Shown here piece by piece: positions 23,956 through 33,941 of a stretch of DNA of 45,892 nucleotides. Position 1 is the first letter of the stretch. Each line of letters starts with the position of its first letter. The notes under the pieces were generated by a model, which ran no database searches, had not been told where the DNA came from, and saw only the letters and a list, made by a program, of their open reading frames with translations. Origin of the DNA: Candidatus Desulfobia pelagia. Its GTDB lineage: Bacteria; Desulfobacterota; Desulfobulbia; Desulfobulbales; SURF-16. The translations under genes were made by a program, and so were the position numbers. The DNA lies in assembly GCA_014382295.1 (NCBI GenBank), contig JACNJZ010000094.1:1-45892 (forward strand), in the 5' to 3' direction.

Positions 23956-26295
23956 TCAATACGACCTTATCAGCCAGACACCGCAGGGACAGGTGTCTGC
24001 GCAGAAACCACAGGCAATACATTTATTATCGTCGGAAACATACCTGAAGTCACCTTCTCCCAGTTTTTCCCGGGTGATTGCACCTGTGGGGCAGATAGTT
24101 TCGCACATATGGCAGTCACGACAGGATCCGCAGCTCATGCAGCGATCCGCTTCATCCATATCGGTATGAATACTAGGACAAATTTCCGGCTCATAGTGGG
24201 CCGGAGTCAGGTTGGTAATATTGACAACCTGCTTGGCAAACGGCTTCCACTCCTCGCCCTTAATCTCGGCCACTATGGCATGGGCCGCATTTTTACCATG
24301 ACCCAGAGCATTGGTTGCAAGACCCGGACGCTCGACATCACCTACCGCAAATACTTTTTTATCCGATGTCCGGCAGGAGTTGTCTGTCTTGATCCATCCG
24401 GCGCCACCAACAGTCATTACCTCAATATTATCAGGCAGGAACTTGAGAGCGGGAACATCACCAATGGAGATAATGACGGTCTGGGCAGGGATAAGTTCTT
24501 CCGCGGCATCCACCAGCCCTTCCTCTGTCACCTCTTTTGTTGACACAGGCCATTTAAATTTAGCACCAAAAGCCTCGGCGGCCTTCTTCTCTTCACCAAA
24601 AGCAAGAGGCTTCTGGATATCAACCAGAGTCACTTCCTGGGCTCCGAGTTTATAACATTCGCAGGCCACATCACAGCCAACATTACCGGCACCGATAATA
24701 ACTACCTGCTTACCAACAGCGGGAGGCTTGTCACTCTTTGCCTCCTTGAGAAAATCAAGGGCAGGAATAACGCGCTCATGACCTGGGAAAGGAATAGTCC
24801 GGGGTTCATGGGTACCTACCGCAATAATGACATAATCGAATTCATCCTTCAGTTCCGCGAATTTATCCTTAGTCATGTTGACATTGAAATGAACATGAAT
24901 ATTCGGTGTCTTCATGAAACGATCAACTTCAGATTCCCAGATGGCACGGGGCAGTCTCTCCCAGGGGATAACCTGGGCCAGTTTTCCGCCGATTTTATTG
25001 TCTCGCTCAAAAACATGGGCTTCAACACCGCGCAGGGCAAGCTGCCAGGCAGCATTCATGCCACCGGGACCGCCGCCGATAATAGCGACCTTCTTCCCTA
25101 AAGATTCAGCAACCTCAGGAGCAGGAAAATCTTTCACGGCCCGTCCGAGCATTGCCACATCGATACTCTGATCGACAACCTGGCGGGAACAGCTCTGCAT
25201 ACAGAGATTAGGGCATACCGAACCGCACACAGAAGCAGGAAACGGAGTGTATTCAAGGACTAAATCATACGCCTCTTTTTCCCTGCCTTCACGCATCAGG
25301 CGCAGTCTGTCTACAGTGGGGATATGCACCGGGCAATAATAGGCACATGGCGCAGCAGATTCCTGGTTGGCCCAGAAAGGTTTGTAGCGCCTGAGATCTC
25401 CCGTCTCAATAAGGCCGATGGGAGAACGGTCGAGTCCGGGAGCCAGATCGCGAAGAGGGTCACCGCCGCCAAATCCCTTATCCCATATGTTTTTACGGAA
25501 TTCATGCATAGGCATGGGACCGGAAAACATCAAAGCACGTTCCTGGGGTGGAATAGACTCAAGTATTTTCCATTCGGCACGCACTGAAAGCATTTCGAGA
25601 AGATCCATCCGGTCAATGGCAGTCAGATAATCCGACATTCTGGTCATGAGCCACTGCCACTGTTCATCATTGGGAAGTACAGCCTTGACGTTGGTCCGTG
25701 AATACGATGTATCCGTCTCGCCCCGGTAATAAATTATACCGCCAACCATACCGACACAGGGCCGATATCCGAGCACATTTTTCGGAGTTTTGGAATCAAC
25801 ACCGCAGACAACAGCGACACCGCCGCAGTTAAACTCGGCAAAGGTGTCACCGCAGGAACCGAGCACCCAGAGTTCAGGCTTTTTATACTCCGGGTTCCAC
25901 TTGGTCATGGTCAGGCCGCGGGAACCGATAGACCCCTTGACATAGACGACACCTTCCGCCATAGCATTACAGCAGCCATTGGTAGCGTCTCCAAGAACAG
26001 TAATAGAAGCGCCGATATTGAGATATCCCACATCATCGGAGGCGGAACCATGACAGGTAATAGTGGTGCCGGGCATCCCCATGCAGCCAAGTCTTTGACC
26101 GCAAGGGCCATGGATCTCTATATCTATGGGCTCGCCATTGTTTTTAAGGCGGCCGCCAACATTATGCTGACCATATGTTTCCAGGATAAGCTTATTCGAC
26201 TTCTGAAAAGCCGCCTGGATCATTTCATTATATATTTTAGAATCAATCCGCTGGCCGTTTTCATCCAGCCCGTTTACGGTAATTGCGTCACTCAC
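23956..26295 (-). CDS. Glutamate synthase domain 3 (GXGXG) fused to a GltD-like FAD/NAD(P) oxidoreductase with C-terminal ferredoxin domain
   Basis: GQRLGCMG, GDTFAEF, CAYYCP, CGSVCPNLC, IIGGGPGG, VIIGAGNVG, CHMCETICP, CIACGFCADTCP. Confidence 0.92.
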   Translation of the reverse strand: MSDAITVNGLDENGQRIDSKIYNEMIQAAFQKSNKLILETYGQHNVGGRLKNNGEPIDIEIHGPCGQRLGCMGMPGTTITCHGSASDDVGYLNIGASITVLGDATNGCCNAMAEGVVYVKGSIGSRGLTMTKWNPEYKKPELWVLGSCGDTFAEFNCGGVAVVCGVDSKTPKNVLGYRPCVGMVGGIIYYRGETDTSYSRTNVKAVLPNDEQWQWLMTRMSDYLTAIDRMDLLEMLSVRAEWKILESIPPQERALMFSGPMPMHEFRKNIWDKGFGGGDPLRDLAPGLDRSPIGLIETGDLRRYKPFWANQESAAPCAYYCPVHIPTVDRLRLMREGREKEAYDLVLEYTPFPASVCGSVCPNLCMQSCSRQVVDQSIDVAMLGRAVKDFPAPEVAESLGKKVAIIGGGPGGMNAAWQLALRGVEAHVFERDNKIGGKLAQVIPWERLPRAIWESEVDRFMKTPNIHVHFNVNMTKDKFAELKDEFDYVIIAVGTHEPRTIPFPGHERVIPALDFLKEAKSDKPPAVGKQVVIIGAGNVGCDVACECYKLGAQEVTLVDIQKPLAFGEEKKAAEAFGAKFKWPVSTKEVTEEGLVDAAEELIPAQTVIISIGDVPALKFLPDNIEVMTVGGAGWIKTDNSCRTSDKKVFAVGDVERPGLATNALGHGKNAAHAIVAEIKGEEWKPFAKQVVNITNLTPAHYEPEICPSIHTDMDEADRCMSCGSCRDCHMCETICPTGAITREKLGEGDFRYVSDDNKCIACGFCADTCPCGVWLIRSY

Positions 26296-26310
26296 TTTCG
26301 TATTCCTCTT

Positions 26311-27951
26311 CTAGCAAACGTACTTAATCTGCAATTGATCAGCTGCTGCCTTATCCGCTATGCCTAGAGCATCAGACATTCCAATGGGCAGACTCTGAGA
26401 TCGTCCCAACGGTGCCATAATTTTCTTCATCTCGGTATTAATTGCCATGAAGGTCTCTGCAACCCGTTCAGCCACCAGATCAGGATCAAGCCTGCGGTAG
26501 AGTTTCGGGTTCTGGCTGGTTATACCTTTCGGACAGATACCAACGTTACACACGTTACACCGATTCTGCTCACTGCCGAGACAACCGGCCGCTGCCTGCA
26601 TGATATACTTACCCATATGGACACCACTGGCGCCAAGCATAATGAGCGCCAAACCATTCTGGGTAACATTGCCGTTTTTGCCAACACCACCGGCGGCAAA
26701 AATCGGAATCTCGTTCTGCTTACCCTGGGCACAGAGATCAAGGTAACATTCGCGGACGTTGGAAGCGATGGGATGGCCCATGGCATCCATACTGACATTA
26801 TAGGCCGCACCTGTTCCGCCATCGATACCATCAATAAGGAGTGCCGAAGCATATGGATTTCTTACCAGGTTGTTCAAAACGGATTTTGCCGAATTGGAAC
26901 CAGATATTTTCGGATAAACAGGCACCTTGAAATCCCATGCCATTGACATGGACTGGATCATTTTCATGACCGATTCTTCAATGGAGTACAGTGTCTGATG
27001 AACCGGAGGTGAAGGAAGATCAACATCCTCGGGAACACCTCGCAGGCGGGCAATCATCTTGCTGACTTTGAACCACATGAGCAGTCCGCCGTCACCTGGT
27101 TTTGCACCCTGACCATACTTGATCTCGATGGCTGCCGGCTCACACTGCATATCCGGGATAGCCCGGATGATCTCATCCCAGCCGAAATACCCGGAGGCAA
27201 TCTGAAGAATAATATATTTAAGGAAAGGACTTCTCAGAACCCAAGGAGGACATCCACCCTCACCTGTTGCCATGACAACCGGAATGCCCAGAACTTCGTT
27301 GCAATAGGCAACACCCTGGAGAAGACCAAGCCACATATTTGGAGACAAAGCGCCGAAAGACATGGAACCGATGATAAAAGGGAAAATTTCCCTTACCGGC
27401 GGAATCCACTCCCCTGCCATCTGTCGCCGAAGATATTCTTCAGGAGACAATACGCGCCCCAGCAGGGTATTGACGCTGAACTCATGGCGCCCGGCATCAA
27501 GAGCCGGATCGGTGAGCATGGAGATCCTGTTAAAAGAAATCTTGTCCAGAAGGCTAGGGCCAGGCTCATTTCTTCGGCCGCCGCGTTTCCACGCTTCACC
27601 ACCTTGAGTATTCACAAAACGGTGACGATCAGACACAGTGTTCGGCTGTGGCCTGATAGCCTGATTCGGACACACCTTTTCACAGGTGCCGCAACCAATA
27701 CAGCGATTAGCTACTTCTGTTCTCTGGCGAATACCGACAAAAGTACGGAAAGAACTGCCGCGCTCACTTGAAGAGAGCACCAGCTTTGGCATACGCTGGC
27801 GCATATACATCAACTTTATAGCATTTACAGGGCAGACGGCTGTACAGCGTCCGCACAAAGTGCACCGGTCTTCCCGGTGCTCAATAACCCAGGGGAAATC
27901 CCCTGCAGCTAAGCTGCTTGGGGTAGAGGGAACTGATCGAATTGAGACCAT
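26311..27951 (-). CDS. Glutamate synthase FMN-binding domain 2 with N-terminal 2x[4Fe-4S]
   Basis: CTLCGRCTAVCP, CIGCGTCEKVCP, MSFGALS, TGEGG, EIKYGQGAKPGDGG, CNVGICPKGITSQ. Confidence 0.95.
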   Translation of the reverse strand: MVSIRSVPSTPSSLAAGDFPWVIEHREDRCTLCGRCTAVCPVNAIKLMYMRQRMPKLVLSSSERGSSFRTFVGIRQRTEVANRCIGCGTCEKVCPNQAIRPQPNTVSDRHRFVNTQGGEAWKRGGRRNEPGPSLLDKISFNRISMLTDPALDAGRHEFSVNTLLGRVLSPEEYLRRQMAGEWIPPVREIFPFIIGSMSFGALSPNMWLGLLQGVAYCNEVLGIPVVMATGEGGCPPWVLRSPFLKYIILQIASGYFGWDEIIRAIPDMQCEPAAIEIKYGQGAKPGDGGLLMWFKVSKMIARLRGVPEDVDLPSPPVHQTLYSIEESVMKMIQSMSMAWDFKVPVYPKISGSNSAKSVLNNLVRNPYASALLIDGIDGGTGAAYNVSMDAMGHPIASNVRECYLDLCAQGKQNEIPIFAAGGVGKNGNVTQNGLALIMLGASGVHMGKYIMQAAAGCLGSEQNRCNVCNVGICPKGITSQNPKLYRRLDPDLVAERVAETFMAINTEMKKIMAPLGRSQSLPIGMSDALGIADKAAADQLQIKYVC

Positions 27952-29051
27952 ATCTGAAACTCCTGTCTGTCTGGAGGTACAATAATTGTATGCTCACGCA
28001 TAGGTTGATAATCTAAAGAAGGATCCCGGTCCGGAATCATGGCGGCAACGCCGCACATTTCCGAAGCAATAGCCCACTCGCCGGGCTTGCCGCCGATTGT
28101 GGCCGGACGCATTTTTTTGGCATCCATTGCCAGCAGGCAGGTTTCATCCGGCAAAGAGGCAATAACCGCATTGGGGCCGTCTATAATCAGGCGGCGGCAG
28201 ACATTGCGCAAACCAAGGAGAAAATCTCCCTGGGGATGATCCTTCAACGCCTCTGTTGTCAGAGGGGTAATGATATGTTTATAGGCTTCAAGAGGCAGCT
28301 TCAGCTGTTTCACCACATAATGCAGGATATGAGCAAAAACCTCACTATCTGACTGATACCCTATGTACCCGGGAAAACCTTTACCGGACAGCCAGTCTTT
28401 AATCGGAAGAAAAGCTGTATTTTCGCCATTGGTCATGGAGGCAATACCCTGAATAAAGAAAGGATGGCAGGCGTAGAGATTGATGCCCCAGTTGGTATTC
28501 TGCCGTCCCTGGGCCATGCAAACCCGGGATTTAATGCGATGACTGTCGAGCCCCAGGGCCTCACCAACATCAAGGGGCCAGCCCACTTCCTTCATCATGG
28601 CCACATCCGGCCAGAATGAAAAAGCGGTAAAATCCCCGCCATTCTCTTCACCATCTTTGCGCAGGGCTAGTCTGGTGAGCATCATTTCAAGATCAATCTC
28701 ATCCTGCGTAAGACTTTTCCAGGCTTTAGGTGTTTTAAATACCCGAAGGATATATTTATGCCTGTCTGTTGCCTCTATTTTAAAGAGATCCATTTCAAAC
28801 TCATGATCATATTTCAGATCAAACCCTCTGTCCTGCATGAAAGCATTAAACCGATGCAAGGCCGCTTCGGTATGGGCAATTCCTGAGAAGACTGGATCCC
28901 TGGCATTATAACTGTAATCAGTAAAGTCGAGCCCTCTCAGGAGAAGACCCAGACCGCTACCATCATACCCCTCCTGCATAGCTTCCATTGCCTGGAGTAC
29001 AGTATAGGGAGAAAAAGGCTCACTGGCAGTCTTTAACGCTAACCGACACAT
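27909..29051 (-). CDS. Glutamate synthase domain 1 (class II glutamine amidotransferase)
   Basis: N-terminal M-C nucleophile, RQNTN, CHPF, NGEN, SDSE, IIDGP, MRP, IASE; AAGGAG SD. Confidence 0.93.
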   Translation of the reverse strand: MCRLALKTASEPFSPYTVLQAMEAMQEGYDGSGLGLLLRGLDFTDYSYNARDPVFSGIAHTEAALHRFNAFMQDRGFDLKYDHEFEMDLFKIEATDRHKYILRVFKTPKAWKSLTQDEIDLEMMLTRLALRKDGEENGGDFTAFSFWPDVAMMKEVGWPLDVGEALGLDSHRIKSRVCMAQGRQNTNWGINLYACHPFFIQGIASMTNGENTAFLPIKDWLSGKGFPGYIGYQSDSEVFAHILHYVVKQLKLPLEAYKHIITPLTTEALKDHPQGDFLLGLRNVCRRLIIDGPNAVIASLPDETCLLAMDAKKMRPATIGGKPGEWAIASEMCGVAAMIPDRDPSLDYQPMREHTIIVPPDRQEFQIWSQFDQFPLPQAA

Positions 29052-29186
29052 TACATTCTCCTTAAAATTTAAATATAAATAAGTTAAAAGTTGAAAAATC
29101 TAAAAATTTGTACAATAGCAAACATCAACATAATCCATACACTTCAGGCTGGCACGTAACAGCCGACGAGCATACAATAACACGAA

Positions 29187-29216
29187 TTGATAGCACTGAA
29201 ACTACACCATTGTCAA
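29187..29216 (-). promoter_or_regulatory. Possible sigma70 promoter of the glutamate synthase operon
   Basis: TTGACA-N18-TATCAA with TGn extension; the -10 is imperfect. Confidence 0.35.
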
Positions 29217-29401
29217 GAGAAATGGCCACCTGCATTACAAATGAACAAAAATGTTATATATGAGGGAACTTGCGCATTAAAAGAGATATCGCCTTTCACA
29301 GTTACCGAACAGTAACATTGGCACATTCACGCTGTACCGGCTTTTCTCCGCAATCCCTCCTGAGCCGCTGAATTGAAACTTCAGGCAACCTTTCAGCTCC
29401 T

Positions 29402-30160
29402 CTATAATCCACCATCAACCAAATCCGCTACAAAACTTCCTACCGCAACCTTGCTTTTGATTCTTAACGGAATTCTTCGTTCATCGGCCGTCAGCCATAT
29501 CTGAATTTTCGCCTTTTTACTTTTTTTAAAAACGCCACTGATATGTTCGATCTCCGGTTCAATCAAAAAAGCATCGTACGTTGTGCCATTGATCGAAATA
29601 GTTTTACGCCCTTTAAACCAGGCAACACCTAAAACCGCCTTTTTGCCATCTGTTACCGGCCGAATAATATCCTGCCCTGTACTGAAGTCAAAAAGCCGAC
29701 AATAATAAATCACAGAGAACGGATCAAAGGACCCGTCACTGATAGGAATCGGCGGTTCAGACTTGCCGAAATTAGAATACTGTGCTGTATTTTCTTCCCA
29801 ATTAAAAGCAACAACTATATCCCTTCTGGTGGATCCTTCATTCTGGCTCTTCTTATACAGAAGTGAATGACTTACTGCCAAATCGGTATATCCGTCAACC
29901 ACATCTCTTACCATATAGAAGACATCCACAAAGGAATTACTCTTTGCCGTCATCCGGAAATGATATCCTTCCAGCCCATCATTTTCACCAGACAAGACCT
30001 CAAGAGACGCTTCTCCTGCCGGAACAATCCCCCATTTGAGCTCGTAGGTTAATTTTTCCCCAACAGAAAAGGGCAATACTTCAGCATACCCTGACAAGGG
30101 AGACCAGAAGCCCATAATCACTGCCACAACAAGACAAGACAACAGGTTCATCATGCCCAT
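29402..30160 (-). CDS. DUF3108 exported protein
   Basis: Signal peptide, GEKLTYELKWGIVPAGEA, FYMVRD, IWLTADERRIPLRI..VGS. Confidence 0.88.
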   Translation of the reverse strand: MGMMNLLSCLVVAVIMGFWSPLSGYAEVLPFSVGEKLTYELKWGIVPAGEASLEVLSGENDGLEGYHFRMTAKSNSFVDVFYMVRDVVDGYTDLAVSHSLLYKKSQNEGSTRRDIVVAFNWEENTAQYSNFGKSEPPIPISDGSFDPFSVIYYCRLFDFSTGQDIIRPVTDGKKAVLGVAWFKGRKTISINGTTYDAFLIEPEIEHISGVFKKSKKAKIQIWLTADERRIPLRIKSKVAVGSFVADLVDGGL

Positions 30161-30341
30161 TAAAAAACACCCATAAAAAGCTGACCAAAAACCATGACAC
30201 CTCCCCGAAACAGTGAAACAAAATATATAAAAAATATGGATATTAGAATGTCGCTATGAGATACTGAATGCAGACGACATGAACCAGATCGGGAACTCCC
30301 AGTCTCCCACCCAAAACTATTAAAACACTCTACATATTCAC

Positions 30342-32003
30342 ATGAAAACCCTGATTAAAAAATTCCTGACCCTCTTTATTCCTCTTATAGCGCTGACTCT
30401 TATTATTTCCACCATTTTCTACACAACAGACCTGAAGGCCCGCAAAAGAATCCTTGAAGACCGGGAACAAATCAATATCAGCCAGCAGCAGGACAGCATT
30501 CGCAATCACCTTCAGCATATAGTCACAGACCTCATGGTCCTTGCCAACCAGCATCATTTTTACACGGATCACGGCACTCTCTCACATTCCGACACAAAAA
30601 CAATAGCGGAAGACTTCCTGGCCTTTGCTCGTCATAAAAAAATATACGACCAGATTCGCTTTCTGGACAGCAGCGGCATGGAAATCATCCGCGTAAACGA
30701 CAATAACGGCGACCCTGTTATCATATCCAAAGAGAATCTTCAGTCCAAAGGTCAGCGCTATTATTTTCAGGATACAATTAATCTGCAAAAGGGAGAGATT
30801 TTTGTCTCCCCTTTTGATCTCAACATTGAAAAAGGGGTTATTGAAGAGCCAAGGAAACCCATGATACGCTTTGCCGTCCCCATTGTAGATAATGACCTCT
30901 GCAAATGCGGCATAGTTATTCTCAATTACAAAGGCAACACCCTCCTCTCTCAGTTAGACAACCTGAAGAAAAACACCATTGGAGACCTCCTGCTGCTGAA
31001 CAGTGACGGCTACTGGCTTCGGGGACGGAATCAGGATGAAGAGTGGGGTTTTATGTACAAAAACAGGAAAGACATCTCCTTTACCAAGAGTTTCCCTGAA
31101 GCATGGGCCCAAATAGCAGGAAGCGACTCCGGCCAATTTGTCGGAAAAAATGGAATGTGTACATTCACTACCGTCTTCCCGCTTCAGGAAGGCCTGAAAT
31201 CCAGCACCGGATCACCGGAGGCGTATGCACAAAGTTCCAGTGTCCTCCAGGCCCAGGATTATCAATGGAAAATAGTCTCACATATCCCTACGGCAATCCT
31301 CAATGCACACCTGCACCCAAACAGACTTCCCTTTATAATTATTAACGTGCTGCTTGTTTTTGTCCTGGGTTATATCTGTTGGGCTGCAGCTGTCTTCAGA
31401 CAGGAAGCTCTTCAGACAGGACAAAAGCTAAGAGAAAATGAACAAAAACTGAAAAAAGCCCAGCAGATAGCCAAACTTGGCCATTGGGAACACGACATTG
31501 AATCCAACGCCGTGACCTGGTCAGACGAAACATACAGAATCTTCGAAGTGGCCCCCCAGGAATTCCCGGGAACCTTTGAGGCCTTTATGGAAACAGTTCA
31601 TCCCCAGGACAGAAGGCGTGTTCTCAAAGCATATACAGAGTCTATTGAAAACAAAAAACCATATGACATAGAGCATCGGATACTTTTAAACAACGGAACA
31701 GAAAAGTGGGTCCGTGAGATATGCCACACCGAATATAACAATAATGGCAAGCCGATACGATCCCTCGGTATCGTTCATGACATTAGCGAGGTCAAGGCCC
31801 TCCGCGGCATTGTTCCCATCTGTTCAAAATGCAAAAAAATAAGAGACGATGAGGGATTCTGGCAACAGGTTGATCACTACATATCCGAACATTCCACGGC
31901 TGAACTCAGCCACGGAATATGTCGGCCATGTTCTGATGAACTTTACGGCGGCCAGGACTGGTACGAAGAGGCAGTCCGAAACGGTGAAATTCCGGGCGCC
32001 TGA
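30342..32003 (+). CDS. Membrane sensor: TM-dCache-TM-PAS plus C-terminal 4-Cys domain; no kinase or cyclase domain
   Basis: YDQIRFLDSSGMEIIRV, RYYF, FDLNIE..KPMIRF (Cache); AKLGHWE..VHPQDR (PAS_3); PICSKCKKIRDDEGFW..SHGICRPC. Confidence 0.9.
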   Translation: MKTLIKKFLTLFIPLIALTLIISTIFYTTDLKARKRILEDREQINISQQQDSIRNHLQHIVTDLMVLANQHHFYTDHGTLSHSDTKTIAEDFLAFARHKKIYDQIRFLDSSGMEIIRVNDNNGDPVIISKENLQSKGQRYYFQDTINLQKGEIFVSPFDLNIEKGVIEEPRKPMIRFAVPIVDNDLCKCGIVILNYKGNTLLSQLDNLKKNTIGDLLLLNSDGYWLRGRNQDEEWGFMYKNRKDISFTKSFPEAWAQIAGSDSGQFVGKNGMCTFTTVFPLQEGLKSSTGSPEAYAQSSSVLQAQDYQWKIVSHIPTAILNAHLHPNRLPFIIINVLLVFVLGYICWAAAVFRQEALQTGQKLRENEQKLKKAQQIAKLGHWEHDIESNAVTWSDETYRIFEVAPQEFPGTFEAFMETVHPQDRRRVLKAYTESIENKKPYDIEHRILLNNGTEKWVREICHTEYNNNGKPIRSLGIVHDISEVKALRGIVPICSKCKKIRDDEGFWQQVDHYISEHSTAELSHGICRPCSDELYGGQDWYEEAVRNGEIPGA

Positions 32004-32011
32004 GCCCCACG

Positions 32012-32626
32012 CTATTCTACCAGGACACCATCCTTGAATTCACCAACCTGTCGGCTGCCGTCAGGAGAGACAAAGACTCCTTTCCCATTGAACGTTCCAT
32101 CGGCAAAAGACCCTTCATATTTTGATCCATTGATCAAATTGAATGTCCCCTGACCATGAAACTTATTGTTAACAAATTCACCTTCATAATTTGCGCCGTC
32201 TGGAAAGGTCTTGGTTCCTAACCCATTAAGGAGACCATTCGTGAAATTACCTGTAAATACAACCCTATCAGGCATGGTCATTGTGCCCATTCCATTAGGA
32301 GAGTCCTGGGCAAACTGACCGACATACTTCAAACCTTCAGGTGTCGTCAACGTCCCCTGGCCACTGTATTCTCCTTTCTTGAATTCACCTTCGTACTTTA
32401 CCCCCTGGGGAAAAGTGAATGTCCCTTTGCCGTCGGGAAGACTGTTTTTGAATTCCCCTTCGTAGCGTGTTCCAATGGGAAAGGTCATCACACCCATACC
32501 GTTGACACAATCACCCTCAAGGCATTTCCCATCCTCCTGAGCCCCTTCCGGCTGGGACACAACAGCAAAAGCCAGCGCAGGCATGAGGACGGCTAAAAAA
32601 AACATTATGGTGAAAACTCTTTTCAT
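32012..32626 (-). CDS. Exported MORN-repeat protein
   Basis: Signal peptide, CLEGDCVNG, about 6-7 YEGEF..G.GT repeats of 23 aa. Confidence 0.92.
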   Translation of the reverse strand: MKRVFTIMFFLAVLMPALAFAVVSQPEGAQEDGKCLEGDCVNGMGVMTFPIGTRYEGEFKNSLPDGKGTFTFPQGVKYEGEFKKGEYSGQGTLTTPEGLKYVGQFAQDSPNGMGTMTMPDRVVFTGNFTNGLLNGLGTKTFPDGANYEGEFVNNKFHGQGTFNLINGSKYEGSFADGTFNGKGVFVSPDGSRQVGEFKDGVLVE

Positions 32627-32654
32627 CGGAAACTCCTTTATGGGATAGTTTTAA

Positions 32655-32786
32655 GTTACAGGTTACAGGTTTTAAGATTTAAGATTTAAGATTTAAGATT
32701 TAAGATTAAGGCACAAAGCGTTTAACGATATATAATATCTTATAGATTTTAACTTTGTGCCTTTGTGCCTTTGCCCCTATGTGCCT
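32655..32786. repeat. Composite short tandem repeat region
   Basis: (GTTACAG)2, (TTTAAGA)5 at 32671..32705, AGGCACAAAG, then four degenerate CTTTGTGC units at 32753..32784. Confidence 0.8.
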
Positions 32787-32798
32787 AAAAAAACTTAC

Positions 32799-33566
32799 TT
32801 ACTTTTCCTTCTCAAGGGAAGACAATTGCAATATGGCGAGATTTGCGATGGTCAGCCCAAAAATAGCTGTTACAGTGGGGAGGCTGCCAAGAATCTGCCG
32901 CACCCTGCCCCTTTCAATTCCCTGATCGTGCCCTTGTTCGGGTTCATCAACAATTTCAACTCCGCTATAGGCAAAATCAATATCTTCGGTTGAATAGACA
33001 CAGGGAATTCCTCCCTCGACCCCTCTTCGGCGCAGTCTTTTTCGAATCCTTTTTGCCATGGGACATTTCCAGGTGTCCATAATGTCATCAACCCTGATCA
33101 ATGTCGGATCGGTCCGCAGGGCAGCCCCCATGGAAGAAATCACAGGGATCCCCTGCTCAGTAATTCTGACCAGGAGTTCAATTTTAGAATTCAAAGAATC
33201 AATCGCATCTATAATAAGGTCCGGTTGAGGGTCAAGCACCTGGCCAACCGTCTCTGCATCAACAAAAAGATTAAGTATTTCAACCTGGCAGTCAGGATTA
33301 ATATCCCTTACCCTGTCCCGGGCCACTTCGACCTTAGGCCTCCCCACAGTGGACTCAAGGGCCAGAACCTGGCGATTTATATTAGTCAAACTAACCTGAT
33401 CAAAATCAACCAGCCGAAAATGATTCACTCCAGACCGGGCCAATCCTTCCAGGGCATAGCCCCCGACAGCGCCAAGCCCGACGATGGTGACAGTCCTGGA
33501 GCGAAGCACATCCAGCCTCTCCGGACCGATAAGCCTTTTCAGCCGGGCAAACCTGTCATCAGCCAC
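32799..33566 (-). CDS. tcdA: tRNA threonylcarbamoyladenosine dehydratase (ThiF family)
   Basis: GLGAVGGY, DFDQVSLTNINRQ, IIDAID, ISSMGAA, CPMAKRIRKRLR, CVYSTE, LGSL. Confidence 0.92.
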   Translation of the reverse strand: MADDRFARLKRLIGPERLDVLRSRTVTIVGLGAVGGYALEGLARSGVNHFRLVDFDQVSLTNINRQVLALESTVGRPKVEVARDRVRDINPDCQVEILNLFVDAETVGQVLDPQPDLIIDAIDSLNSKIELLVRITEQGIPVISSMGAALRTDPTLIRVDDIMDTWKCPMAKRIRKRLRRRGVEGGIPCVYSTEDIDFAYSGVEIVDEPEQGHDQGIERGRVRQILGSLPTVTAIFGLTIANLAILQLSSLEKEK

Positions 33567-33941
33567 AGGAAGTGTTCCCTCTGCGGGTAATACTTTGAAA
33601 TATTTGCTTCATCTGTTCCCTTTCTATTATTTAACGACAGAGATATACTAGCAGAATGTTCCGCACTTCCTCAAATTTTTCATTATAAACGTTGAACAGA
33701 GGTCGATGGGTTTCACTCAGTAATCGTTCGCAACTCTGACATAAAATGCCCTAATTTACCCAGTTAAATGCATTTTTTTCATTCAATTAATTGCAAATAT
33801 TACATAACCTGTTATACAAATCTGCAACTTTTGTCTCAGAATTCTGGGATTGGAGTTACAGTTTTCTTATTTTGGGTACACGAAATCTTACTTCGTTCTC
33901 ATCCGGAAAGTCGAAGGCTTAACGGATATTTAGAATAAGTT

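Noticed and set aside
29149-29340. TGGCAC motifs as sigma54 promoters for glutamate synthase
   Set aside because: They are on the wrong strand and lack the TTGC -12 element.
32655-32786. Tandem repeats as a CRISPR array
   Set aside because: Units are 7-8 bp with no spacers, and there are no cas genes.
33789-33808. Possible Rex operator upstream of pnt (ATTGCAAATATTACATAA)
   Set aside because: Too many mismatches to TTGTGAA-N4-TTCACAA in an AT-rich region.
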